Source: Calditrichia bacterium (GTDB lineage: Bacteria; Calditrichota; Calditrichia; RBG-13-44-9; J075). Taken from it: a stretch of DNA of 64,000 bases. The stretch spans positions 93,456 through 157,455 of the forward strand of contig JACKAQ010000002.1 in assembly GCA_020634975.1 (NCBI GenBank), in the 5' to 3' direction. The notes under the pieces are model-generated. The model was not told the origin of the DNA. It saw nothing but the letters and a program-made list of their open reading frames with translations, and made no database searches. The translations under genes and the position numbers were made by a program. Of the stretch, positions 1-9,839 are shown in pieces; within the stretch, counting starts at the first letter, position 1, and every line of letters starts with the position of its first letter.

Positions 1-1266
1 AACTGTTGGCGACGCACTGTTCATCGCATCAAATCGTGCCAGTTGCTGCTCCCGCAACAGCCAGAAAATAGCATCCGGCAACGCATCACCGGCAAAATAT
101 TTGTAAACCGGATCGTCAAACAGCAGCGTGCCGATGGCCATTACACCGTCAATTGGGTTGTTTTCGGCATACGGGCGATCGGTGTCATCCTGCAGCACGG
201 GCGTACGGCGATTCGGCTGTGCGATGTTTACCAGCGCATCGAACATTTTCCGGAATCGCGTGACATATTCATCCGGAAGTTGAATCCCGTTCAATTTGGC
301 AAGCTGATACACTCGGAAATAATTTTCGATATCGCCGTTGTGATAGTGCACCGACCGCTCAAATTGGAACCCGTCGTCGTTTACTTCCTTTTTCAAATGC
401 GCCAGCAATCCGGCAATTGCCTGTTGCTGCCACTGCGCCGCATCGCGAAAATCCGGGAAAACCGCGGCAATTTCGAACAGCGCCACCAATCCGCGGGTGT
501 GGTGATTGCCGTAACTGAAATTTTCGGTGCGCTGCGCCAATTGTGCGGCGTGGTGCAGCATGGTTTTCAGAAATTGCAATTGCTGCGTGTCGCCGTAAAT
601 TTCGCTGCCCAAATACATGTGGTGACAAAACAGCCAGTTTTGCACCCGTTTTCCGGCGCGAAATCGTTCGTAAATGCCGTTTCCGGCATCGTCATATTTT
701 CCGGCTGCAAAGGCGCGATTGAGATCGGCAATCTGCCGCACAAAATAATCGGGATAAACCGGATTTTGCTGCTCGTAATAAAACATCAGCGCCATATCGG
801 CAGATTTTTGCTGGCGGGCGAGATGCCGCAATTCATACGCCGAAACCGAGTCGCCGGTCAAATCAACGAACGGCAGTTGCCAGTGCGTTTCCGGCGCGAA
901 ATGGGTCGTCTGGTATTCGGCAAGTTTGGCGTGCCCGTTGCGATTGCCGGGATAGCGGCGTTGGTAATCCGCGAACCGAGCTGCCACATTGCGCCAATCA
1001 AAAAAATAGCGTTTCGTTGATGCGTTTCGCAGATGTTCGAGCAGTTTTGCGATCGCCGAATCCGTATTCCCCGTATCGCGCAATTCGAGGATTGTTTGCA
1101 ATTCAGGCGCATCAGCTCGCAACAGCGACAGCAATTCCGCATCGCTGAGCAACCGATTTGCCGGCACAGTTTCGATAGGCGAATCTGCCGTTGCTGTTGA
1201 AACGCAGAAAGAAATAATCAGCGCAGCTATTTTCAAAAAATATAGATATTTGCGACGTTGTATCAT
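1..1266 (-). CDS. heparinase II/III-like polysaccharide lyase, N-terminal 422 codons only (gene runs off the left edge)
   Basis: Absent from the ORF track because no stop lies in the window. Manual reverse-strand translation from the ATG at 1266 gives an open frame to position 1: MIQRRKYLYFLKIAALIISFCVSTATA (signal peptide) ... NFSYGNHHTRGLVALFEI ... FERSVHYHNGDIENY. I associate these motifs with the alginate-lyase-fold/heparinase II/III superfamily. ATGA start/stop overlap with the upstream gene at 1263-1266. Confidence 0.7.
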   Translation of the reverse strand, partial: MIQRRKYLYFLKIAALIISFCVSTATADSPIETVPANRLLSDAELLSLLRADAPELQTILELRDTGNTDSAIAKLLEHLRNASTKRYFFDWRNVAARFADYQRRYPGNRNGHAKLAEYQTTHFAPETHWQLPFVDLTGDSVSAYELRHLARQQKSADMALMFYYEQQNPVYPDYFVRQIADLNRAFAAGKYDDAGNGIYERFRAGKRVQNWLFCHHMYLGSEIYGDTQQLQFLKTMLHHAAQLAQRTENFSYGNHHTRGLVALFEIAAVFPDFRDAAQWQQQAIAGLLAHLKKEVNDDGFQFERSVHYHNGDIENYFRVYQLAKLNGIQLPDEYVTRFRKMFDALVNIAQPNRRTPVLQDDTDRPYAENNPIDGVMAIGTLLFDDPVYKYFAGDALPDAIFWLLREQQLARFDAMNSASPTV

Positions 1267-2894
1267 TCCGACTGCAACCGTTTCGAAAGTTGAAATTCAT
1301 ACAGCGACGGCACCGCAATTCCGGTGCGATTCACGCCCTCAAAATAGGTATTCGGACCGTATTCGAGCTTCACCGGACGGTTGGCTGAGAAACCAACAAA
1401 TCGTGCAAATGGTCCGTCCTTTATCGGTTTGATGACCACGGAATCCTGCGCGATGTTGTCCGCAAATGTTAATTGAATATTCCAGAATGTGTTGAATTTT
1501 CCGTGGGTCGGTTTCCAATATCCGGCGCCGCCGTGCATAAATAAATCGAGCGGATTTTCGTTTGCGGAAATGCGGATGTTGTCGAACAAATTCTGGTGAT
1601 TGGTGCCGCAATGCTGGTCGAGAGAGGGCGTTTGCAGGATGTCCACATCTGTGTAAACGCTGCCTTTTGAGAAGGTGTTGAACGAAATGGAATGCTCTGT
1701 CGGGCAATCAACGGTCATGTTTTTGACCAAAAAATGGTTCACTTTGCCGACATGCGTGGTGTAGTGGGTGCGCCGTCCGCTGAATTTGATGTCGGTGATG
1801 GTTACGTTGGCGCAATCGTCGCTCAAAATGGCGTTGTCCGTGTTTACAAAATGCACGTCGCGAATCCACGAATGAGCGGTGCTGGTCAAATAAATAGCGT
1901 TATAACCGTGTTCGAGATGGTGCCCGCCGTATTCGGTTTCGGGGAATTCGATGCGCAGGTGCTCGATGCCGATTTCCGTTTGCACCTCCGCCGGTGCGAT
2001 GGCGCAATTCCATTCCGCGCGAACATCGTGCAGCAGCGGTTCTTTGATGCGAATGGTGTTGCCATCGATTTCGGTGATGGTCACGAGTTGCTGAATCAGT
2101 TCGCGTTCGGGATTTTCCCAATGCCGTTCGCCGATGCGGAAATCGCCTTCGCCATACATATGCGTCAGCAGCGACGATGTTTCGCCGAGCGGATTGAACC
2201 ACAGTAATTTCACCAAATCACCGGATTGCAGCGTTTCAGTTGATGCGGCAGTGAAATTGTGTTCGCCGCGTTTCCCGTTCTCGATGTGCGTGATAATTGG
2301 CGTCGGTTGGTCATTTTCTTCGAGATACGGGTAAATCCGTTTGCCCGGCATGCGCGTCCAAATGATGCCGCCCGTCCACGAAAACGGCGAAAACAGCTCG
2401 CCGGATTTCACCCGTTTGTCGTATCGCACCAGATATTCGTTCAGCTCCGCCAGTCCCTCTGCCAGCGGCATGTCTTTCATCGGAATGGGGAGGTAAATGG
2501 TGGTGCCATTGTTGCCGCTGCCGGAACCCTGCAACACAAAATTGCTGCGGTCGATATACAGCATTTTCGACAGAATGAATTTTCCGGCGGGAAATTTCAC
2601 TACCGCCACGCCCGGCTGTTCGTGTGCCGCCGCCACAGCTTTCAAGATGGCGTCGGAATCGTCCAGTCCGTCATCGGGAATCGCGCCAAAATCTGCAATA
2701 TTGATGGTTGCGGCGTGATCCGGCAGCGATTTTTCACCCCAGTGATATCCGGCGAATGAAAAATCGGGCAGATATACTTGCGTATCGGAGAGAATTTCCG
2801 GCGTCCATTGTTGTTGCGATTGCGTTTCGCCGCACGACATCAACATCGCAGCGCACAGCGCCAAAATGATCCACATTGATTTGAAAATGTTCAC
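1263..2894 (-). CDS. right-handed beta-helix (pectate-lyase-3-like) lipoprotein, unknown specificity
   Basis: 543-aa ORF. Lipobox LMSCGE. N-terminal INIADFGAIPDDGLDDSDAILKAV resembles the Pectate_lyase_3 start motif. Shares PDFSFAGY and a later beta-helix region with the ORF at 4911-6806. Confidence 0.6.
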   Translation of the reverse strand: MNIFKSMWIILALCAAMLMSCGETQSQQQWTPEILSDTQVYLPDFSFAGYHWGEKSLPDHAATINIADFGAIPDDGLDDSDAILKAVAAAHEQPGVAVVKFPAGKFILSKMLYIDRSNFVLQGSGSGNNGTTIYLPIPMKDMPLAEGLAELNEYLVRYDKRVKSGELFSPFSWTGGIIWTRMPGKRIYPYLEENDQPTPIITHIENGKRGEHNFTAASTETLQSGDLVKLLWFNPLGETSSLLTHMYGEGDFRIGERHWENPERELIQQLVTITEIDGNTIRIKEPLLHDVRAEWNCAIAPAEVQTEIGIEHLRIEFPETEYGGHHLEHGYNAIYLTSTAHSWIRDVHFVNTDNAILSDDCANVTITDIKFSGRRTHYTTHVGKVNHFLVKNMTVDCPTEHSISFNTFSKGSVYTDVDILQTPSLDQHCGTNHQNLFDNIRISANENPLDLFMHGGAGYWKPTHGKFNTFWNIQLTFADNIAQDSVVIKPIKDGPFARFVGFSANRPVKLEYGPNTYFEGVNRTGIAVPSLYEFQLSKRLQSE

Positions 2895-2906
2895 GGTGTC
2901 AACCTG

Positions 2907-4901
2907 TCAGTTTTGTTTTTTGGTGATGCCATCCCAATCATCGGTGCGGAATGGCGATGCAGGTAAGTTGCTGTTATTTATTAAATTGCAGTCGGGATCA
3001 GATGCCCAGCCATAGCGCACCGCAACGGGTTCGGCGATTGCCGGGTGCCATACTTTTACGCGATTGTCGGCGATTGCCGCTTTCGCACCTTTGAAATTTT
3101 TGTCGCTACCGGAAATGGCAAAACCGGTGAGCGAATCGCCGTTGGCGCGCAGCCCGTCTGCGAAATCAAATTCGATAAAAATCGCCCCGTTTTCAACGGA
3201 ATTTCCGCGATACAAGGGGCCGGAATATGGTACGGATTGTTGATAATTTTTGTTGAGCGCGATGAGCGCGAGCCGTCGCCCGACTTCCTGTTTATTTTTT
3301 GGATGAATGTCGTCCGGATTGCCGATGTCGATGGTCACCGCCATGCCGGTGTTCGGCAAATCGAGCGCCATTTGCTGCGCCTCGCGCAGTTCTGCCCACT
3401 TGCTTTCAAAGGGTTGCGGATCGGGTTGGTAAAAATTGGCGATCTGCACAAAATAGAATGGCAACGTCGGTTCGTCCCATTTTTCGCGCCAGTCGGTGAT
3501 GCACCTGCGGAACAATTCGCGATAGCTAAATGCCTGTGAAATATTACTTTCGCCCTGATACCAGATCACCCCCCGAACCGGGAATTTTGTCAACGGTGAA
3601 ACCATCGCGTTGAATAAAACGGTGGGACGTTTGTGCAAATAGGGGCGTTTCGGCGCCGGGGATTCGCTATTATCCAACGCAATTTCAAAACGCCAGTCAC
3701 CCGCCAGCGGAATCGTGTCAATCGCCGGAGAAGCGAGATACAGCTGATCCGCCGCACCCCAAATACCGCCGCGACTGCCGACATCCAGCACCCGGACGGC
3801 AATGGTATTTTCGCCGCTGTGCAGCCAGTTTGCCGGAACGCTGTATCGCGTCGGGTGATTGCGTTTCAGGTGTTCGCCGGCTTTTTTGCCGTTCACGAAA
3901 GTGATGTCAAAATCGTCGATGGTATCGAGATTGAGCACCCAGTCGTCGCCGTTTTCGGGCAACTCAGGAATCGTGATGGTTTTGCGAAACCAGATCACCC
4001 CGTCGAATGATTCGTAACCCACGCGATCCCACAAAGTGGGCAATTTCATGGATTTCCAGCCGGAATCGTCGAATTCGGGCTGTGCAAATGCGGTGTCATT
4101 CTGGAATCCGGCATCTTTTTCGAGAGTATTTTCGTACCAATTTTTGAGATCGTTTTTGTAGGTTTGCAGGATTTTCTCATCCGACTGCACCGTGCTTTTT
4201 TTTGCATCGGCGATGGCATCGCGCAAATTTGCAACATCCGAAAGTGCGGATTCGCTCATCCACGCTTCCACATTTGTGCCGCCCCACGAGGAGTGGATAA
4301 GTCCAACAGGAACATTCGTTTCGAGAAAAATATTCCGTCCGAAAAAATAGGCGACTGCGGAAAATTCTGCGATGGTTTCCGGTGAGCAGCGTGACCAGCC
4401 GTCGCTTTGCACATCGCTTTGCGGGATTGCCGCCATCGCTTTTTCGACGGTGAACAGCCGGATTTCCGGGTAATTTGCCTCGCGGATTTCCCGCTCAAAA
4501 TTGTCGATTCGTCCCCAACTCGCCAGCGGCATGTTCATGTTCGATTGACCGGAGCAGACCCACACCTCGCCGATGAGAATATCCTCAAAACGGAGCGATT
4601 GCCGCGCGGTCGAAACGTCCAGCGAAAACGGCCCGCCGCTCGATGTTGCCGGAAATTCCACCGCCCATTCGCCGTCCGGCGATGTGGTTGCGGTTTGCTG
4701 CTGTTCGGCAAATTCAACGGAAACGGTTTCACCCGGATTTGCCCAACCCCAAATCTTGATCGGCTTGTCCCGTTGCAAAACCATGTGGTCGCCAAATAAT
4801 TTGGGCAACTGCAAATCGCGGTTCTGGCTGCAGGAAATCAGCAGCAAAACGATCGCAAACAGGACCAATTTTTTGCAAAAATCTTTTGGGGGAAGTATCA
4901 T
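2907..4901 (-). CDS. sialate-O-acetylesterase-like (SGNH/DUF303) carbohydrate esterase, lipoprotein
   Basis: 664-aa ORF with lipobox LLISCSQ. It carries the hallmark GEVWVCSGQSNM block of 9-O-acetylesterase-type esterases. A central galactose-binding-like insertion is followed by VIWYQGESN. Confidence 0.75.
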   Translation of the reverse strand: MILPPKDFCKKLVLFAIVLLLISCSQNRDLQLPKLFGDHMVLQRDKPIKIWGWANPGETVSVEFAEQQQTATTSPDGEWAVEFPATSSGGPFSLDVSTARQSLRFEDILIGEVWVCSGQSNMNMPLASWGRIDNFEREIREANYPEIRLFTVEKAMAAIPQSDVQSDGWSRCSPETIAEFSAVAYFFGRNIFLETNVPVGLIHSSWGGTNVEAWMSESALSDVANLRDAIADAKKSTVQSDEKILQTYKNDLKNWYENTLEKDAGFQNDTAFAQPEFDDSGWKSMKLPTLWDRVGYESFDGVIWFRKTITIPELPENGDDWVLNLDTIDDFDITFVNGKKAGEHLKRNHPTRYSVPANWLHSGENTIAVRVLDVGSRGGIWGAADQLYLASPAIDTIPLAGDWRFEIALDNSESPAPKRPYLHKRPTVLFNAMVSPLTKFPVRGVIWYQGESNISQAFSYRELFRRCITDWREKWDEPTLPFYFVQIANFYQPDPQPFESKWAELREAQQMALDLPNTGMAVTIDIGNPDDIHPKNKQEVGRRLALIALNKNYQQSVPYSGPLYRGNSVENGAIFIEFDFADGLRANGDSLTGFAISGSDKNFKGAKAAIADNRVKVWHPAIAEPVAVRYGWASDPDCNLINNSNLPASPFRTDDWDGITKKQN

Positions 4902-4910
4902 TTTTCGACC

Positions 4911-6806
4911 TTATTTCAGCAACATCATTTTACGGGTTTGGCTGGCTGCGGTGCTGTTCAGGCGATAAAAATAAATGCCGCTGGACATGTCCGCTGCTTC
5001 CCAAATTACCGAGTGCAATCCCGTTGATTTGATGCCATCGACCAGCGTTTGGACGAGCCTGCCGGTTACATCGAACACCTGCAATTGCACGACGTCGGTT
5101 TTTGGCAGCCGGAAACTGAGCGTTGTAGTAGGATTAAATGGATTCGGATAATTTTGATAAAGCTCTGTTTCTTCTGGAATTAGCGGATTCGATTGCCCCT
5201 GATCTTCGTCGATGCCGGTGAGCACGCCGCCGCGTTCGGCAAGTTGCGCAACAAACAGCGATCGCGGGTTCAGTCCCGGCTGATTGCTGCCTTCGATGTA
5301 GCCTTCCGGCTCAGCAAACGAGTTCGGCGGCTTTTGTCCGGTGATGTATCCGGCGCAGCCGATGGCGTAATTTTGGGCGGTTGGCGGTTGCTGGACGTGG
5401 ATTTCCGCACCGTTCACATCGCAATTCCAGGTGATCGAATGCGCGGCAGACCAGCCGTGGCTGGTGCCAAAATAGCCGCGATTATACAACCCGATACGCC
5501 GGGGATTGTAGCCCGATCTCGGTCCGTCCAGTTCCCGGTGATTGTCGTAAAGCAAACCCTGGCTCCAGCGGCGATGCCCTTCGCTGCCGGCGTATGCGCC
5601 TTCCGATGTGCAATCCAAAAACACAATGCCCGATGCGCGACTGTTGCCATTTGATACATAGCTGTGCCGCCCAAAACTGGCGTGGCAATTTTGGAAAAGA
5701 ATCAATTGCGATGCGCTGTATGCGTTAAAATTATAGCGTCGCTCGCCGTCGATGAGCGACACCGGATCGATCGCCCGGCAGTTGTAAACCGTGACACGCG
5801 TTGCGGTATTTGTGTAAACGCCGGAATGCCCGAAATGCAAAATTGTGCAGTCGCGAACCCAGGCATCTTCGACGGTGTGCAGATAAATGCCGCTCCACGC
5901 ATGATTTTCATCGGTGCCGCCGGCGGTTTCGATATCGATCCGCAAATCTTCGATCCCGATGTTGGTTTTGAGCAAATTGCGGCTGTATTTGTAAATATAT
6001 GATTGCGATAGCGCCCGGATCAACGTGTTGAATACCGGGGCATCGATGGTAATTTTGTTGCCGTTAATTGCGGTAATATATCGATTAAAAACAATAGGTT
6101 GGCTGTCCACTTCCCAGGGAATATCCTCCGGTTCCGATCCCGGCTCGCCGGAATGCGTGCCGCCGTAATCGATGGCTGCCAGCCACGCTTCGGTGCAGGG
6201 GTGAACAATCACGATGTTGTCTCCAACGGCGTATGGCGAAGCGTCGCTCACTTCAAAAACGCGATCGCCGACAAAAACGGTGTCTGTGGTGATGTTGCGA
6301 GTGGTTGCGGAAACCGAATCGCGCCAAAGCGTTGAGGACGCGCCACCGGCGATGATCACATCGCGTTTGCCGGGAATGTTGCCGGTCGCGTGGAGAATGG
6401 TGTTGCTCGCCGGATCGTCGCCGTCACCGACGCCGCGCAGCACCACGCCATCCGCGTTGATCCGCAAATTGAAGCGAATCTGGTAAATGCCCGCCGTCAG
6501 CAGCAGCGCACCGCGAAAACCATTGGTATCCTGCGGCATCGCCGAAACGGCATCGATAGCTGCTTGCACATGAGCTGTGTTGTCGCCGGAAATGGGGGAG
6601 ATGCTCATCACGGTCGGCACATTTGGCAGCGGCTCGTTGCTGTTTTTGTATCCCGCGTAACTGAAATCCGGGATGCGGTTGCCCAGCGAATCAGCGACGT
6701 AAACCAGTTTGCCGTCGTTGCCAAAATACACGATTTCCGATTGCCAGGTTTGCGCCTGCAGCGTCCCCACAACCGCGATGATTATCGTAAAAAACAGGCG
6801 TTTCAT
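4911..6806 (-). CDS. secreted beta-helix protein with T9SS C-terminal sorting domain
   Basis: Start moved to the internal ATG at 6806 (MKRLFFTIIIAVVGTLQAQT signal peptide). PDFSYAGY motif. C-terminus LYQNYPNPFNPTTTLSF...GIYFYRL...RKMMLLK is a T9SS type-A CTD. Confidence 0.65.
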   Translation of the reverse strand: MKRLFFTIIIAVVGTLQAQTWQSEIVYFGNDGKLVYVADSLGNRIPDFSYAGYKNSNEPLPNVPTVMSISPISGDNTAHVQAAIDAVSAMPQDTNGFRGALLLTAGIYQIRFNLRINADGVVLRGVGDGDDPASNTILHATGNIPGKRDVIIAGGASSTLWRDSVSATTRNITTDTVFVGDRVFEVSDASPYAVGDNIVIVHPCTEAWLAAIDYGGTHSGEPGSEPEDIPWEVDSQPIVFNRYITAINGNKITIDAPVFNTLIRALSQSYIYKYSRNLLKTNIGIEDLRIDIETAGGTDENHAWSGIYLHTVEDAWVRDCTILHFGHSGVYTNTATRVTVYNCRAIDPVSLIDGERRYNFNAYSASQLILFQNCHASFGRHSYVSNGNSRASGIVFLDCTSEGAYAGSEGHRRWSQGLLYDNHRELDGPRSGYNPRRIGLYNRGYFGTSHGWSAAHSITWNCDVNGAEIHVQQPPTAQNYAIGCAGYITGQKPPNSFAEPEGYIEGSNQPGLNPRSLFVAQLAERGGVLTGIDEDQGQSNPLIPEETELYQNYPNPFNPTTTLSFRLPKTDVVQLQVFDVTGRLVQTLVDGIKSTGLHSVIWEAADMSSGIYFYRLNSTAASQTRKMMLLK

Positions 6807-6842
6807 TGTTCTCTCGTTGGCGGTTAAATTCGTAAAAATTGT

Positions 6843-7046
6843 TGCCGCAGAGGCACAGAGCACGCAGAGGATTTTACTGTATGAATAGGTATAATTTTAA
6901 CTTTTCGAATAGGAATCTCATGCATTCGCAGGAGTGACAGATTGTCTTTCCTTTGTCATTCCTGCGAAGGCAGGAATCTCATGTTCATGAAAGTTAATGA
7001 CCAATTACAGCTAATAAGTTCTCAGTGAACTCCGTGCCTCTGTGGC
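6843..7046. repeat. composite nested palindromic (MITE/REP-like) intergenic element
   Basis: Outer imperfect inverted repeat: gccgcagaggcacagag (6843-) versus ctccgtgcctctgtggc (-7046). Direct repeat aggaatctcatg at 6912-6923 and 6972-6983. Inner inverted repeat: ttcgcaggagtgaca versus tgtcattcctgcgaa. Perfect hairpin attcctgc-gaag-gcaggaat at 6958-6977. Confidence 0.55.
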
Positions 7047-7088
7047 ATCCTTTGTTAAATTTTCCGGATTATCAATTGCATTATACAA

Positions 7089-9839
7089 TTATTTTAATAA
7101 CAACAGCTTACGTGATAGAATTTTTCCGCGAAATTTCAATTGATACACATACACGCCGGAGGCAAAATTCACAGCGTTCCAGCGTACGGAATAGCTGCCC
7201 GGTGCGTGAAATTGATCGACGATTGTGGCAACCTGCGATCCGTCGATCGCATAAATTTTCAGAGAAACCTGCCCGGGTTTTTCGATCGCGTAACCGATGG
7301 TCGTTTCCGGGTTGAAGGGATTCGGGTAATTCTGGAATAACGCAAAACCGGTTGCCGGTTCGATGCCCGGATCATCCCCGATGCCCACAGTTTGCGACGC
7401 CCAGCGCAGGTCGCCGAGTGTTTTGCCATCGCTGGCCAAACCGGCGAGCGGCGTGCCGTTCGGGAGCATAAAATTGCCGTTCGACGGATCGGCGTATTGC
7501 GGATCGATCCCGACCATTCCGGTACCGATGCCCGCGCTGCGATTGGCAATTACCGGACCAACGTTGAACGTATCGCAATAGCTAATTGTGGCAACCAGCC
7601 CTTCGATAATCACGGCTGCGCTGTCCGCCGGACTGTTGCTGAAAATGCTGTTCTTGATTTGCGCGGCATCGCAATCTTTCGCGTAAACGATGCCCGTTCC
7701 GTCGCTGCCGCAATTGTCAAACGTGACGTGATCGATGCGCAATCGCGGTTGCGGTGTGAATGGCACCTGATCGCCGCCATACACAAAAATTGCCTGTTTC
7801 GCGATATTCCAGAACGTGCAGTTGCTGAATTCCAGCCAGTCCACATTGAATTCGCTGCTGCCGATGGCTTCGTCTTTGAGGCTGATGCCGATACCGGCGG
7901 CATCGGAAAACAGGCAGTTGCTGAACACAATCGAATCCGCGAACGTGCCGGGATAGGCGTAAAAAAAGCTGCCGTCGCTGCCGTCGTTGACATCGCGGAA
8001 CAGGCAATTTTCGGCTTTCAAAATGTAATTGCGGTTCATCGGCGCATCAGTTGTTCGGATGAGATGCGTTGCCGGCGTTGCGCTGCCGGACATGCCGTCC
8101 AGTTCCAGATCGCTCAGATAAAGTTTGCCGCCATCGATAATTTCAAAAATGGTGCGCGACGTTGCACCCGCTGCCGTGTTGCGGATCACCGGACGATCGG
8201 TGCTGTCCGCCGCGCGGATGGTCAGCGCAACGGATACCGCGATGTTGCCGTCGTTGGGAAATTCGCCGGGCAGGAGTTCGAGAATATCGCCGGGCAAAGA
8301 CAGTTGCACCGCATCCGAAAGCGCGTTGGCTCCCGGCGCAACCTGTTTCACGGAAATCGAGAGCGGATACCAATCCGCACCGGTGTTTTCACCGGAAACC
8401 GGGCGAATGAGGATCGGCTCTGCGGAAAATTCATCCGCGCCGATGTCTTTGGCTGCATCGCGTGGTTGACCGTCCACGTCGTTTGTAACGTCCGGGTAAT
8501 TGCCAACCGCCGCATCAATCAGCGGACTGGTATTTTCCGGTCGCCACAGCGAATCAATGGCAAGTACCAATTGCGGATCGACAGCGGTTATGCCGGGATT
8601 GGCATCGATGCCCAGCGGCGAGCCGAACATCACGTTACCCTCGTATTGCATGTTGACCGGCGTGTCCTCGTAATCGATAATCTGTCCGCTGTTGGTCGTG
8701 TAAATCACGTTATTGGCAATCATGCAGTCGAGCGGTGGTAGCGATAACTCGCTATCTTTTCCCGCGCCGACCAAAATCGTGTTGCGGCAATTCACAAAAG
8801 TATTGAACATCACCAACGCACGTTTCACCTGAAAATAGCGGTTCAGCGGTGAATTCGGCACGCCATTCATAAAAACAAGCGGGCTGTGATAACCGCTGCC
8901 GTATAAATCCTGGAAATAGTTGTTGTAAACTTTGTGGTCCTCACCGATGATGCGCACGCCGCCCGCGCCGGTGTTGTTCGCACCGAAAAAGAAGTTGCCG
9001 TAAACCTCTGCAAAATTGCCGTGGCGCAGCGTGAGAATCCCGTCGCAATTGTAAAAAGTGTTGTAACGGAAGGTGTTGTGACCGGATTTGTTGGAAATGA
9101 TTTCGGTTTCGCCGTTGCATTCCTCAAAATAATTGTATTCAACGGTCGTGTAGGAATCATACATCGACCAGTCGCTGGTGCCGATGCGAATGGTCTCGCC
9201 GCCGTTGAAACCGAGTTCCGGACGGAAGGCAAAATAGTTGTGATCGATCCGGTGATAATTCGGCGTATTCGACAACCAGACCACCAGCGTTGTGCCGGAG
9301 TGGGTTTTGTTGCGGAAATAGCAGTGATCGACGCGGTTGTTTACGCCATACAGCGACACCCATTTGTAATCTGTGTTGATGTTCGATGGGTTGTAATCGA
9401 CGATGACCGTGTTGGTCAATCGCGAGTGGTTGGCGAGATTTCCGCTGTTTTCCCGAAATTCAATGACCGAACCGGAGGGACGGCTGCCGCCTTTGAAATA
9501 CAATCCGGATACAATCAGGTAACTCCCGGCAATGCGCAATCTGGACGATCCGTTGAGCAACACGCGACCGGGCGTTTCTGCCCGCAGCAAAATGGAATCG
9601 CCTTCCGTTCCATTGGCTTTGAACAGGATTTCTGCGTTTGTCCAGATGCCGTTGGTCATCGTGATCGTATCGCCGGGCTGAACTTGCTGCAGCGCCGCGG
9701 AAATTTCGGAAGGCGTCGAAGCCCAAAATTCCTCCGCGATCAGCGAAACGGGTAACAGCAACACAGCCATTATCCATAATTTTCCAAAAAAGCGGGAACG
9801 CCCGGAGGCGCTCCCATGTGCACAAATTTCATTACTCAT
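7089..9839 (-). CDS. PL6-family (chondroitinase B / alginate lyase fold) polysaccharide lyase with second beta-helix domain and T9SS CTD
   Basis: 916-aa ORF. N-terminal PGDTITMTNGIWTNAEILFKANGTEGDSILLRAETPGRVLLNGSSRLRIAGSYLIVSGLYF, then NGGETIRIG, GETEIISNKSGHN and GILTLRHGN blocks typical of PL6 catalytic and Ca sites. Ends FQNYPNPFNPETTIGY...GVYVYQL...RKLLLLK. Confidence 0.75.
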   Translation of the reverse strand: MSNEICAHGSASGRSRFFGKLWIMAVLLLPVSLIAEEFWASTPSEISAALQQVQPGDTITMTNGIWTNAEILFKANGTEGDSILLRAETPGRVLLNGSSRLRIAGSYLIVSGLYFKGGSRPSGSVIEFRENSGNLANHSRLTNTVIVDYNPSNINTDYKWVSLYGVNNRVDHCYFRNKTHSGTTLVVWLSNTPNYHRIDHNYFAFRPELGFNGGETIRIGTSDWSMYDSYTTVEYNYFEECNGETEIISNKSGHNTFRYNTFYNCDGILTLRHGNFAEVYGNFFFGANNTGAGGVRIIGEDHKVYNNYFQDLYGSGYHSPLVFMNGVPNSPLNRYFQVKRALVMFNTFVNCRNTILVGAGKDSELSLPPLDCMIANNVIYTTNSGQIIDYEDTPVNMQYEGNVMFGSPLGIDANPGITAVDPQLVLAIDSLWRPENTSPLIDAAVGNYPDVTNDVDGQPRDAAKDIGADEFSAEPILIRPVSGENTGADWYPLSISVKQVAPGANALSDAVQLSLPGDILELLPGEFPNDGNIAVSVALTIRAADSTDRPVIRNTAAGATSRTIFEIIDGGKLYLSDLELDGMSGSATPATHLIRTTDAPMNRNYILKAENCLFRDVNDGSDGSFFYAYPGTFADSIVFSNCLFSDAAGIGISLKDEAIGSSEFNVDWLEFSNCTFWNIAKQAIFVYGGDQVPFTPQPRLRIDHVTFDNCGSDGTGIVYAKDCDAAQIKNSIFSNSPADSAAVIIEGLVATISYCDTFNVGPVIANRSAGIGTGMVGIDPQYADPSNGNFMLPNGTPLAGLASDGKTLGDLRWASQTVGIGDDPGIEPATGFALFQNYPNPFNPETTIGYAIEKPGQVSLKIYAIDGSQVATIVDQFHAPGSYSVRWNAVNFASGVYVYQLKFRGKILSRKLLLLK

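Noticed and set aside
43-1020. 325-aa plus-strand ORF listed in the track
   Set aside because: Its composition is R/I/V/F-rich with no motifs. It lies exactly antisense to a much more convincing, motif-bearing heparinase II/III-like frame that is open across 1-1266 on the minus strand. I treat it as a shadow ORF.
7392-8741. 449-aa plus-strand ORF, and similar long antisense ORFs at 8934-9755, 12107-12883, 14144-15172, 18082-19053, 28976-29959, 44897-45772 and 54681-55541
   Set aside because: All lie fully inside, and antisense to, ORFs with strong family motifs. They have Arg/Ala/Gly/Val-rich low-information sequences typical of shadow frames. None has an SD or a recognisable domain.
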